From assembly GCA_050251055.1 (NCBI GenBank), contig JBFWNL010000007.1, forward strand, positions 64,001 to 128,000: a DNA stretch of 64,000 nt, given 5' to 3'. A program made the position numbers and the translations under genes. Source of the DNA: Bacteriovoracia bacterium. Its GTDB lineage: Bacteria > Bdellovibrionota > UBA1018 > JBFWNL01. Shown in pieces: positions 39,370 through 48,871 of this stretch (positions are counted from its first letter, which is position 1; each line of letters starts with the position of its first letter). The notes beneath the pieces were generated by a model. That model did no database searches, had not been told where the DNA came from, and saw only the letters and a list, made by a program, of their open reading frames with translations.

Positions 39370-39379
39370 AGGAGAATCC

Positions 39380-40522
39380 ATGAGCCAATATCGTTTCAGT
39401 TTTCCGACGCCGATCCATTTCGGTGCGGGTGTTCGCCGACAAGTTGCCGATTTTTTAAAGGCACAGAAAATCGAACGGCCTCTGATCGTCACCGATCGGG
39501 GCGTCGCCGCGATTCCGGTGTTCCAGGACTTCGCCGCTTCGCTCGCGAAGGGCGGGCTCGCCTGCGAGACGTTTTCGGGCATCTGGGGCAACCCCGTGAA
39601 GAGCCAGGTGACCGCGGGCGTGCAGGCGTACCGGGCCCATCGCGCGGATGCCATCGTCGGCATCGGCGGTGGGGCGGCGCTCGACGTGGCGAAGGCGATC
39701 GCGCTTATGGTCACGCATCCCGGCGATCTTTTCGACTACGAGGACGAAAAACCGGGAGCGCGTCCGGTGGATGGCGAGATCCCGTTTTGGATCGCGCTCC
39801 CGACGACTTCCGGCACCGGCAGCGAAGTCGGCCGAAGCTCGGTCGTGTCGGATGACGAAACGCACGTAAAGAAGATCATCTTCTCGACCAAGCTCTTGGC
39901 ACGCGCGGTTTTTGCGGATCCGGAGTTCACGCTGGAGCTTCCCGCGAAAATCACGGCCGCGGTGGGGATGGATGCGCTCACCCACTGCGTGGAAGCGTAC
40001 CTCGCGAAAGGATTTCACCCCATCTGTGACGGGATCGCGCTAGAGGGCGTCCGTCTCTGTGGTCAAAGCTTGGTCAGGGTGGTTACGACCCCGAGTGATA
40101 TACAGGCGCGGAGTCTAATGATGATGGGCTCCATGATGGGCGCCATCGCGTTTCAAAAGGGCTTGGGCCTGACCCACTCCTGCGCGCACGCTCTCTCCAC
40201 GGTGGTGGACATGCATCACGGCTTGGCGAACGGGATCATGATCGACCACGCGCTCAAGTTCAACGTGCCGGCGGTGCCCGAACGATTTACGAATCTGGCG
40301 CAAACCGTGGGCCTGAAAGACATCCAGCCGTCCTCCTTCGTTAAGTGGCTGACGGAGCTGAAGGCCCAGACCGGCATTCCGGCGCAGTTAGGCGAAATGG
40401 GCGTGAAGAAAGATCAAGTGGAGCGGCTCTCGCAGATTGCGATCGCCGACGCCTGCCATCCGAGCAATCCGCGAGCCTGCACGCAGGACGATTTCCGCCG
40501 CATTTTCACGGAAGCCCTCTAG
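39380..40522 (+). CDS. Iron-containing alcohol dehydrogenase
   Basis: GGGAALD, PTTSGTGSE, DALTHCVE, HSCAHAL, HHGLAN; SD AAGGAG. Confidence 0.92.
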   Translation: MSQYRFSFPTPIHFGAGVRRQVADFLKAQKIERPLIVTDRGVAAIPVFQDFAASLAKGGLACETFSGIWGNPVKSQVTAGVQAYRAHRADAIVGIGGGAALDVAKAIALMVTHPGDLFDYEDEKPGARPVDGEIPFWIALPTTSGTGSEVGRSSVVSDDETHVKKIIFSTKLLARAVFADPEFTLELPAKITAAVGMDALTHCVEAYLAKGFHPICDGIALEGVRLCGQSLVRVVTTPSDIQARSLMMMGSMMGAIAFQKGLGLTHSCAHALSTVVDMHHGLANGIMIDHALKFNVPAVPERFTNLAQTVGLKDIQPSSFVKWLTELKAQTGIPAQLGEMGVKKDQVERLSQIAIADACHPSNPRACTQDDFRRIFTEAL

Positions 40523-40525
40523 CGC

Positions 40526-41332
40526 ATGCGCCTAGCGATCTCCGCCTGCTTCTTCCACGCCGACCCCCAACGACCGATCTTCAAGGGGAAGACATTGCAG
40601 TATCTCGAGCAGACGCTCGCCCATTGGGTGATGTCCGAAGGCGCGCGCGCCTATCTGCTACCGGCGCCGCCCGCCATGGCGGGGGGGAAGGTGACCCTCA
40701 AGGACCTAGTCCGCGATTTCGACGGATTGATTCTACATGGAGGTGCGGACGTATCCCCGAAATCCTACGGTGATACGGCGCTGAAGCCCGAATGGAACGG
40801 CGACTATGTCCGTGACCAGTATGAGATCGCGCTCATGAAGGAGTTCATGACCCAAAGCAAGCCCGTGCTCGGCATCTGTCGGGGGTTGCAGCTCATGAAT
40901 GTCGCCTTGGGTGGGACCTTGATCCAGGACATCGCGACCCAAGTGCCCGGGGCGATCAATCATCGGAATTGGGAGATCTATGATCAGAATTTCCACGCCG
41001 TGGATATCTTCGCGGCCAGCGAGCTGGCCAAGGTCTACCCGGGAACGAAATCGGCTTGGGTCAATAGCGTGCACCATCAGGCCGTCAAGGATCTGCCGAA
41101 GGATTTTGCCGTCGAAGCCCGTTCGCCTCGCGACGGCGTCATCGAGGCCTGCCGTCTGAAAAGCCGCAATTATGTGCTAGGCGTGCAATGGCATCCGGAG
41201 TTCATGTGGCAGCCCGGCGTATTGCCGGAAACCGCCGCGGGTGCCGGTCTGGCCAAGCCTCCGGCCGGGCCGCTGCTGGACCCGCGCCCGCTCTTGCAGA
41301 ATTTCATGAAAGTCGTCTCGGAAAGGAAATAG
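40526..41332 (+). CDS. Gamma-glutamyl amide hydrolase (PuuD-like, peptidase C26)
   Basis: HGGADVSP, GICRGLQ, NSVHHQAV, QWHPE. Confidence 0.92.
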   Translation: MRLAISACFFHADPQRPIFKGKTLQYLEQTLAHWVMSEGARAYLLPAPPAMAGGKVTLKDLVRDFDGLILHGGADVSPKSYGDTALKPEWNGDYVRDQYEIALMKEFMTQSKPVLGICRGLQLMNVALGGTLIQDIATQVPGAINHRNWEIYDQNFHAVDIFAASELAKVYPGTKSAWVNSVHHQAVKDLPKDFAVEARSPRDGVIEACRLKSRNYVLGVQWHPEFMWQPGVLPETAAGAGLAKPPAGPLLDPRPLLQNFMKVVSERK

Positions 41333-41335
41333 TCC

Positions 41336-42706
41336 ATGCTGAAGATCACGAATCCCGCTACCGGAAAGACCATTCGGGAAGTCGAAACGGATACCGCGGA
41401 GAGCGTCGCCCAGAAATTCGCGCGGGCTAGGGCCGCGCAGGCCGAGTGGGCCCGTATCTCGATCACCGAACGCGTGGCGACAATGCAAAGGCTCAAAACG
41501 CTGATCGAACGGGACGCCGAAAAGATCGCCATGACTTTGACGCAAGAGGTGGGCAAGGGAATTGCGCAATCCCGCAATGAGGTGAAAGGGCTCGCCGGTC
41601 GTTTCGATTTCTTCATGGCCACGGTCGAGGAGACCATGAGCGAGGAGAAGGTGTTTTCCGACGGCGGGATGGAAGAGGTCATTGGGCTTGAACCGCTCGG
41701 GGTGGTGGCTAATATCTCGGCCTGGAACTATCCACTTTTTGTTGGGTTCAACGTAATCGTGCCCGCGCTCTTGACGGGGAACGCGGTGCTCTACAAACCT
41801 TCCGAGTTCGCGACCCTGACCGGGTTGCTCATGGCGGAGCTGATCTGGGAGGCCGGCGTCCCCAAGGACATCTTCATTCCCGTGATCGGAACCGGCGCCG
41901 TTGGGGTTGATCTCCTAAAACAACCGATTCACGGTGTCTTTTTCACGGGTTCTTACGCAACGGGGGCGAAGATCGCCGAGGCGGCCGCCAAGAAAATGAT
42001 CAAGTTTCAGCTGGAGCTGGGCGGGAAGGATCCCGCTTACGTGGCCGAGGACGTGAACGTGGCGAATGCCGCTGCCTCCACCGCGGATGGGGCGTTTTAT
42101 AACACGGGCCAAAGTTGTTGTTCGGTGGAGCGGATCTACGTCCACACCAAGATCTACGACCATTTCGTGGAGGAGTTCGTGAAGACCGTGAAGTCCTTCG
42201 TCACGGGAGACCCTTCCGACGAAAAGACCTATATCGGGCCGCTCACCCGGGGGGCGCATGTGCCTTTCCTGGAGAATCAGGTGGCCGACGCGGTGGCGAA
42301 GGGCGCGAGACTCTTGACTGGAGGGAAGCGCCGGGCGGGCGCGGGTAACTACTTTGAACCGACCGTCTTTACGAACGTCAATCATTCGATGGACTTGATG
42401 CGTGAGGAGAGTTTCGGCCCCATCATCGGAATCCAGAAGGTCGCCGGTGACGAGGAAGCGCTCAAGCTCATGAACGACACGCCCTACGGCCTGACGGCGG
42501 CGGTGTATACCGCGAGCCGGGAGCGGGCAAACCGCATCTTGGGGCAGGTCCAGGCGGGTTCTGCCTACTGGAACTGCTGCGATCGCGTGAGTCCGCGTCT
42601 GCCTTGGTCGGGCCGCGGTCATTCGGGAGTGGGGGCGACGCTTTCGAAGTACGGGATTTTGGCTTTTCTGCAGCCGAAAGCTTGGCACCTCCGGGCGCCG
42701 AGCTGA
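41336..42706 (+). CDS. Aldehyde dehydrogenase
   Basis: AWNYP, FTGS, LELGGKDP, GQSCCS, EESFGP. Confidence 0.95.
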   Translation: MLKITNPATGKTIREVETDTAESVAQKFARARAAQAEWARISITERVATMQRLKTLIERDAEKIAMTLTQEVGKGIAQSRNEVKGLAGRFDFFMATVEETMSEEKVFSDGGMEEVIGLEPLGVVANISAWNYPLFVGFNVIVPALLTGNAVLYKPSEFATLTGLLMAELIWEAGVPKDIFIPVIGTGAVGVDLLKQPIHGVFFTGSYATGAKIAEAAAKKMIKFQLELGGKDPAYVAEDVNVANAAASTADGAFYNTGQSCCSVERIYVHTKIYDHFVEEFVKTVKSFVTGDPSDEKTYIGPLTRGAHVPFLENQVADAVAKGARLLTGGKRRAGAGNYFEPTVFTNVNHSMDLMREESFGPIIGIQKVAGDEEALKLMNDTPYGLTAAVYTASRERANRILGQVQAGSAYWNCCDRVSPRLPWSGRGHSGVGATLSKYGILAFLQPKAWHLRAPS

Positions 42707-42797
42707 GATCGCGCGAAATTTTTTTTCGGATCGCGGCTGCGCCCCTTGCGCCGGAGCAGACTCCCTGGCTAAAATATAGGTCTAAGCGGAGAGCAAG

Positions 42798-43193
42798 ATG
42801 CTCTCCTCCAAGGAGTCTGAACGATCGATGTTTACCCCGATGTTTAAGACGCTGAATAAAGGACTATTCAGCGCCTGCGTGCTGTTGACGGTGTTAGCGA
42901 TCATCACGGTGAGCCGCCCGGTGGGTGCGGAGTCAGATAACGGCGGGCAGGAGTCCCTCGTGGGCAACGCCGGGGAAAACTACCAAGGCGTCACTCAGGC
43001 CCCTCCCGTGCTGCCGTACCAAAGTCTCTACGAAAAACTCGAACTCAAGAACGGCGGTATCGTCGAGACGGTCAACGGCCAAAAGGTCACGCCTCCCGCG
43101 GGAGCGATGAAGATTCTCCAGGCGGGTAGCCGTACCCCGGCTAAGCGCCGTGGGAACCAGGTCCGACGTGCCGTCGCTTCCGAGTCACGATAA
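42798..43193 (+). CDS. Hypothetical exported protein
   Basis: Hydrophobic N-terminal segment; start uncertain (42798, 42828 or 42840). Confidence 0.55.
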   Translation: MLSSKESERSMFTPMFKTLNKGLFSACVLLTVLAIITVSRPVGAESDNGGQESLVGNAGENYQGVTQAPPVLPYQSLYEKLELKNGGIVETVNGQKVTPPAGAMKILQAGSRTPAKRRGNQVRRAVASESR

Positions 43194-43195
43194 AT

Positions 43196-44131
43196 TCAGG
43201 GACAGGGCTTTCGGCGAAAAAGCGTGAGCACTCCATAGTAGTCGTACTGGGAAACGTCCGACTTACGATACACATTTCCGATGAAATAATCTTGCTCGGC
43301 TAGGTAGTAGAGCTGGAAGTAAATCCGATTCGACGCTTCGAGCACGAGCGAGGTAGTGGATCCGGGTAGGCGGCGCAAGTTTTTAAGCCGGCCGTTGATG
43401 CTGGCTCGGCTAAACGAGCGCCCGTTGCGGAAGAGCTCGACCACGCTGTTGCCCGTGGAGTTCGTGCCCTGGGCGTTCAAGAATAGATCGACCTTCACGT
43501 GCCATTCGCGTTCGGGGCCCCGCGGTAGCTGCGCGTCGCCTTCCCAGCAACCACCAATGCGCGGATCGCGGTCGGCGGCCATCGTGGATTGCGAAAGCTG
43601 ATTGGCGAAGTCTCGGATGCGCACGCGATGCAGGAATCCCTCCGCATCTTGAGCGGTCTCGACGTGGGCGAGTCCCGCCTCGGATTTAAGCCAGGTGGCA
43701 TCGAGGGGGGGCGGCACGGCGGGGCTAAGGCTAGGGTTAGGCAATGCCGCGGTAGGGGCGGGGGGCGATGCGAGCGGAGTAGTCGGGCGCGCCGTCGGAG
43801 TGCTCGAGGTGGGGGCGGCAGGTGCCGCTCCTTGAGAAAGGTTCTGCATCCATTGCTGTTGTCCGGGATTCGCTCGCAACCCTAAGTCGGCGAGTAGAAT
43901 GAGCATCATCTTGCCCAGGATTTCCTCCGCTTTACGCGCACGTTCTTCTAGGTTTTGAATTTGCCCGAGTCGGTCGATTTCGTGATCGCTGATTTCCCGG
44001 ATTTTTTCTCGCAGTCCGTCCGCTTGGGAAGCGGGTTCCGCCGGCGGAGGGGGCAGTTGCCTGCCGCCCAAGTAAAAACCAGCGGCGCCGGCAAGTAAGA
44101 CGACGAAGGCTAGTTGGATCGCCTTAGGCAT
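43196..44131 (-). CDS. Hypothetical membrane-anchored protein with a Pro-rich linker
   Basis: N-terminal TM, short coiled coil, Pro/Thr linker, beta-rich C-terminal domain. Confidence 0.65.
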   Translation of the reverse strand: MPKAIQLAFVVLLAGAAGFYLGGRQLPPPPAEPASQADGLREKIREISDHEIDRLGQIQNLEERARKAEEILGKMMLILLADLGLRANPGQQQWMQNLSQGAAPAAPTSSTPTARPTTPLASPPAPTAALPNPSLSPAVPPPLDATWLKSEAGLAHVETAQDAEGFLHRVRIRDFANQLSQSTMAADRDPRIGGCWEGDAQLPRGPEREWHVKVDLFLNAQGTNSTGNSVVELFRNGRSFSRASINGRLKNLRRLPGSTTSLVLEASNRIYFQLYYLAEQDYFIGNVYRKSDVSQYDYYGVLTLFRRKPCP

Positions 44132-45056
44132 CGGAGCCCTCGATCCAGTGGCTGACCTGTCGGATTACCTCGCGGTGATGATCGAAGATCATGGCGTGGC
44201 CGCAGCGGTCGATCTCGTGTAGCCGGGCGTTCGGAATCAGGCTCGCCAGGTAGCGCGCCGACTCGGGACTAAAGAGCTTGTCTTGCTTACCCTGGAGAAT
44301 AAGGGTGGGAACGTTCACGTCGCGTAGGCGATCTTCCCACTTTTGCCAGTCGATCATGCGGGCGCCCACTGAATGCTGGTGCAAGGTATCGGCGACGTGG
44401 GGCTGTTTCAGGACAAGGTAGCCGAGGTCGAGGTAGAAAGTGTCGAGCAGGCGAGGATTAAACAGGTTCTCTTTGCAAATCGTCTTGTACTGGAACTTGG
44501 TGACGAACTTATGACTTAAGCGCGCGCGCCAAAGGCGGGAGTTCACCCACATGATCCCCCGATAAAGTGGAGACTTCAGATAGCGCATCGGGAACGGCGG
44601 CATGGGATTCAGCAGCACGATTTTTTGGATCTGCGGGAGACGTTGGGCCGCGGCGGCCCAAGTGACCCCGCCCCCGTAGGACAGCCCCACGAGCACGACT
44701 TTCTGGATGCATTGGGACTCCAAGAAGAGCCGTAGCATCTCCACATCGCCTTCGATTTCCGTCGGTGAATTTCGGGGTTCGGAAAATCCCCAGCCAGGTA
44801 GGTCGGGCACGAAGACGTGGTAGTGGCCAGCGAGCGGAGCCATCACTCGCGGCCAATCCATGAAGAACCCACCAAACCCGTGTAGCAGTACGATCGCCGG
44901 TCCGTGCTTTTGGCTTAACCCCATTTGGGCGAAGCAAACGCGTTTGCCTTGGATGACGACGGAATCCAACAGCGGGGGCGGACGCAGACGCTGTCCCGGA
45001 CGGGTCCCGCGGGCGATTTCTTGAAGTTCGGATAAGAGTCGAGCGAAGTAACGCAA
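44124..45056 (-). CDS. Alpha/beta-fold hydrolase
   Basis: LLHGFG, DLPGWGFS, GLSYGG, QGKQD, CGH. Confidence 0.9.
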   Translation of the reverse strand: MRYFARLLSELQEIARGTRPGQRLRPPPLLDSVVIQGKRVCFAQMGLSQKHGPAIVLLHGFGGFFMDWPRVMAPLAGHYHVFVPDLPGWGFSEPRNSPTEIEGDVEMLRLFLESQCIQKVVLVGLSYGGGVTWAAAAQRLPQIQKIVLLNPMPPFPMRYLKSPLYRGIMWVNSRLWRARLSHKFVTKFQYKTICKENLFNPRLLDTFYLDLGYLVLKQPHVADTLHQHSVGARMIDWQKWEDRLRDVNVPTLILQGKQDKLFSPESARYLASLIPNARLHEIDRCGHAMIFDHHREVIRQVSHWIEGSDA

Positions 45057-45105
45057 GCGATGCCTTTAAAGGCATGCTACCTGAATTTTTTGTCGAGATC
45101 GACGC

Positions 45106-45660
45106 TTAGTTGCGGCGCAAGATGCAGCGGACGTAGCGAAGGACGTCCTGGTTGCCGTCATCCACGTAGCCGCGCGATCCATTGTAGAAATAGGCGGCGT
45201 CTTCGTAGCCTTGGGAGCGCGTCGCCGTCCAGAAATGCTTGTTACAAAGATCCTCGAGCAGCCAGCGCAGACCGTTTTCATCGGCGGTGAGATAGTCGCG
45301 CGCGGTCGGCAGGAGCATACCGCGGTCACGGCAGGCCTTGCGGGCACCGGCATAGTTGTATTTTTCGTCGAGAGTGGGTCCCCAGACAAGGTTGGCCGTC
45401 GTGTCCAGCCAGGTTTCTTGCGCCTTGCCGGCATCTTTGGTGACCAGGAACCATTCTGTTTTCACGCGCTTGCCCCAGTTCGTATAAACTTGGGTGGCCT
45501 CTTCCCGATTTCGCTCCCGGCAATCGAGGATCCGGTCGGCTACCTTGCCCGACCCTCCACAGGCTCGGAAGTTTTCTGCATGCAGAAGTTCTTCCGCCGA
45601 GGCCGAGACCGAGACCGAAATCACGAACGCGAATGCCAAGAGTGCGAAAATGGGTTTCAT
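45106..45660 (-). CDS. Exported protein, DUF1566/C-type-lectin-like
   Basis: Signal peptide ending ASA; DTTANLVW, ARKAC, LPT, FWTAT, VRCI motifs. Confidence 0.6.
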   Translation of the reverse strand: MKPIFALLAFAFVISVSVSASAEELLHAENFRACGGSGKVADRILDCRERNREEATQVYTNWGKRVKTEWFLVTKDAGKAQETWLDTTANLVWGPTLDEKYNYAGARKACRDRGMLLPTARDYLTADENGLRWLLEDLCNKHFWTATRSQGYEDAAYFYNGSRGYVDDGNQDVLRYVRCILRRN

Positions 45661-45722
45661 AGGTGTGCCTGAAATAGCACCCGCAGCATGAGACGACAAG
45701 TCAGGAGTGTTGTCGCTGCGCG

Positions 45723-46754
45723 CTATTCGTGCGCGTGTTCGTAGCAGTCGTCATGGTCGACGACGATCGCCAGGATTTCTTCTTCGAGCGAGAGCGCGTT
45801 CGATTGGGCCACGGCATCAAAGTTCAAACCAAACTGATTTGAATAACGCGGCGCAACCCAGCTCGGGGTGCTCGTGCGAATCACCATCGCTTGATCCTGT
45901 AAGTCGGCTTCCTTCCAGGCTCGGCGTAAAAACATTGCCAGGGTCGCAGCTCCATCCGCCATGCGGTCCATCGCCAGATCCAGCTGTTGGGTCGCCCCAT
46001 CGCCGGAACGCCCTAGCTTGAGATCGATGCCAATCACCTGATCCTTATACTGGTAGGCGCGATTCACCTCGACGAACGCATGATCCAGGGTTTTGCCCGT
46101 TTGGAACTGGCTTGTGAACTTGGCATCCCCTAATAGCTTCGTGGCTCGCTTCAAGACTTCCGCCTTGAGATCGTTGAAGTCGACGGTTTCGAGGTTGTCG
46201 GTTTCAAAGAACTTGTGGATCCCCTTGTTACCGGTTTTTTGTCCGTCGTAGTTCTCCGTCGTGTGCAATGGCTGCGCGAGGTCACCTACATAGTGGGACA
46301 TGGCTCCCGCCATTTCTACGGCCGTCTTGAAGTCACCCGATTTCGCGGCATTCACCGCCAGCGTGTAGAACTGTTGAATTCGCCAGACCGCCGTGCCGTA
46401 CTCCACCAGGGTCTTTTGGCCGTAAGCCGCCACCGCGTCTTCATAGCGGCGGGGGAACTTGGTGAAATCGGCGGGGTTGTCGAAGTAAGAATCCGGTTCG
46501 AAATAGTGCGTGGGTTTTTCAATGGAGCTATTGCGTCCGGACTTCCAGGTATTATCCGGTACGTTGGTGAGCACGCCCAGGTTACCGGCGTTGGACGACC
46601 AAAACTGATTCGCAAGCTGGCTGCCCGTTTCGGCGACGATCTGGTGGCCGACGTGGCCCCAGCCGAAAGAGTTTTGCGGTAGCGTGGCCGATACGGCGGC
46701 CGTTCCGATCAAAATCCATTGAGCGATGGACTTCGATCCCATAGGTTTCGTCAT
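45723..46754 (-). CDS. S1/P1 nuclease / zinc phospholipase C family exported enzyme
   Basis: Signal peptide followed by WGHVGH; HYVGDLAQPLH; IHKFFE. Confidence 0.85.
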   Translation of the reverse strand: MTKPMGSKSIAQWILIGTAAVSATLPQNSFGWGHVGHQIVAETGSQLANQFWSSNAGNLGVLTNVPDNTWKSGRNSSIEKPTHYFEPDSYFDNPADFTKFPRRYEDAVAAYGQKTLVEYGTAVWRIQQFYTLAVNAAKSGDFKTAVEMAGAMSHYVGDLAQPLHTTENYDGQKTGNKGIHKFFETDNLETVDFNDLKAEVLKRATKLLGDAKFTSQFQTGKTLDHAFVEVNRAYQYKDQVIGIDLKLGRSGDGATQQLDLAMDRMADGAATLAMFLRRAWKEADLQDQAMVIRTSTPSWVAPRYSNQFGLNFDAVAQSNALSLEEEILAIVVDHDDCYEHAHE

Positions 46755-46996
46755 GAGATCCCCCCGAGAGATATTGAGCGCACGTCAAAAACCTATCGAA
46801 ACTATAGCATGGGAAAAGCAACTGCCGTCACGCCTAAATACCGATCCTGACAGGATTCTAATGGAAGTAAGGGGGCTATGCGTTAGTGTGACGCGCGGCT
46901 AAGCACATCGATTTGTAATGATTTGTGGTGATTTTGCTCCCGCTCGAGTTCCTCGTTGCGGTGTTTGTCGGGGTGCGCTAAGGTCCCGAAAATCTT

Positions 46997-48859
46997 ATGA
47001 ATCTCCGGAATGTTTGCATCATTGCGCACGTCGACCATGGAAAAACCACTCTCGTGGATTATCTGCTTCGCCAAGCGGGAACATTTAAACAACACGAAAC
47101 CGTGAACGAGCGCGTAATGGATTCGATGGATCTGGAGCGCGAGCGCGGCATCACGATTCTCGCGAAGAACACTTCCGTGCGCGTGGGCGACGTGAAGATC
47201 AATATCGTGGATACGCCCGGCCACGCGGACTTCGGCGGGGAAGTGGAACGCATCATGGGCATGGTTGACGGTGCGCTCTTGCTCGTGGACGCCGCTGAGG
47301 GCCCGCTTCCCCAAACCCGTTTCGTTTTGCAGAAGGCACTCGCCCAGGGCCTCAAGGTGATTCTCGTCATTAACAAGGTCGATCGTCCGGAATGTGCTGA
47401 CGGTCTGCGCATTCAAGAAGTCGTGAATCAGACGTTTGATCTCTTCATCGATTTAGGCGCGACCGAAGAGCAGGCCGATTTTCCGATCGTGTACGCCTGC
47501 GCGCGCGCTGGCTGGTGCACCACCGACTTCGATCGCATTCCGGGCCTGATCAAAGGCACCGACACGAGCACGTTGCGGCCGCTGTTTGACATTATTTTGG
47601 ATAAGGTCCCGCCGCCGAAGCTCGCCGCGGACAAGGATTTCAAGATGCTCGTCGCGAATCTTTCTTACTCCGAGTACGTGGGACGTCTCGCGATCGGTCG
47701 CGTGCTCTCCGGCGGCGTAAAGAAGAACCAGCGGATCCTCCGCTACGGGGTCGATACGGCGGGGAATCCCAAGAACGAAACCTTTGCGGTTACGCAGCTT
47801 TTTACCTTTGAGGGCCTCAAGCAATCCGAAGTGCCGGAGCTCACCGCGGGGGATATCGGCGTTATTTCCGGTAGTGAAAATATCGAGATCGGCGACACCC
47901 TAGCGGGATCGGACGCGGTGAAGGCGTTGCCTCGCATCTACGTGGAAAAACCCACGCTTGCGATGACGTTTTCCGTGAACACTTCGCCCCTCTCCGGCCA
48001 AGAGGGCGAGGCGATCCAATCGCGCAAGCTGCGCGAGCGCCTCCTGCGCGAAGTGCTGCACAACGTGGCGCTACGGTTCGAGGAAACCGCCCAGCCCGAT
48101 CAGTTCCGTATCTTGGGCCGTGGCGAGCTGCAGTTCGCGATTTTGATCGAACAGATGCGGCGCGAAGGTTTCGAGTTCATGGTCGGCAAACCCTTGGTGC
48201 TCTACAAAGCCGGCGAGGCGGGCGAGCGGATGGAGCCCTTCGAGATGGCGGTCTTGGATCTGCCCGAGGCCCACGCCAGCGACGTGACCCAGCTTTTCCA
48301 GCAGCGCAAAGGCGTGATGATGAAGTTCGAGCCGCGCGGCGCGGGTCGCGTGCGCCTGGAGTTCGAGATTCCCACGCGCGGCCTGCTCGGCATGCGTTCG
48401 AAGTACTTAACTGCTACGCGGGGTGGAGGGCTATTCAGCTCGCAACTCCTGGATTACCGTCTGCATAAAGGTGATATCCCGCACCGCTTGGTGGGGGCGC
48501 TCGTGTGCGATCGCGCGGGTGAAACCGTCGAATACGGCCTATTGGGTTTGAAAGACCGGGGCGTGATGTTCCTGGGGCCCGGGGTAAAAGTTTATGAAGG
48601 CATGATCATTGGCGAGGGGAACAAGGAGAACGACCTCAACGTCAATCCTTGCCGCGAGAAGAAACTCACCAACATCCGCGCCGCGCACGCCGAAGTGCTG
48701 GTCACCCTGGCCGGTATTCGTCAGATGTCGCTTGAGCAGTGTATTGAATGGATTGACGAGGACGAGTGGATCGAGGTCACGCCGGAGAGCATCCGTCTGC
48801 GTAAAAAAGTGCTGCAGGAAAACCTGCGCAGCGTGAAGCGCTCCGAGCGCGTTACTTGA
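46997..48859 (+). CDS. typA: Translational GTPase TypA/BipA
   Basis: IAHVDHGKTT, RGITI, DTPGHADF, NKVD, GRGEL, KKLTNIRA. Confidence 0.97.
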   Translation: MNLRNVCIIAHVDHGKTTLVDYLLRQAGTFKQHETVNERVMDSMDLERERGITILAKNTSVRVGDVKINIVDTPGHADFGGEVERIMGMVDGALLLVDAAEGPLPQTRFVLQKALAQGLKVILVINKVDRPECADGLRIQEVVNQTFDLFIDLGATEEQADFPIVYACARAGWCTTDFDRIPGLIKGTDTSTLRPLFDIILDKVPPPKLAADKDFKMLVANLSYSEYVGRLAIGRVLSGGVKKNQRILRYGVDTAGNPKNETFAVTQLFTFEGLKQSEVPELTAGDIGVISGSENIEIGDTLAGSDAVKALPRIYVEKPTLAMTFSVNTSPLSGQEGEAIQSRKLRERLLREVLHNVALRFEETAQPDQFRILGRGELQFAILIEQMRREGFEFMVGKPLVLYKAGEAGERMEPFEMAVLDLPEAHASDVTQLFQQRKGVMMKFEPRGAGRVRLEFEIPTRGLLGMRSKYLTATRGGGLFSSQLLDYRLHKGDIPHRLVGALVCDRAGETVEYGLLGLKDRGVMFLGPGVKVYEGMIIGEGNKENDLNVNPCREKKLTNIRAAHAEVLVTLAGIRQMSLEQCIEWIDEDEWIEVTPESIRLRKKVLQENLRSVKRSERVT

Positions 48860-48871
48860 CCGCGGTTGGCA

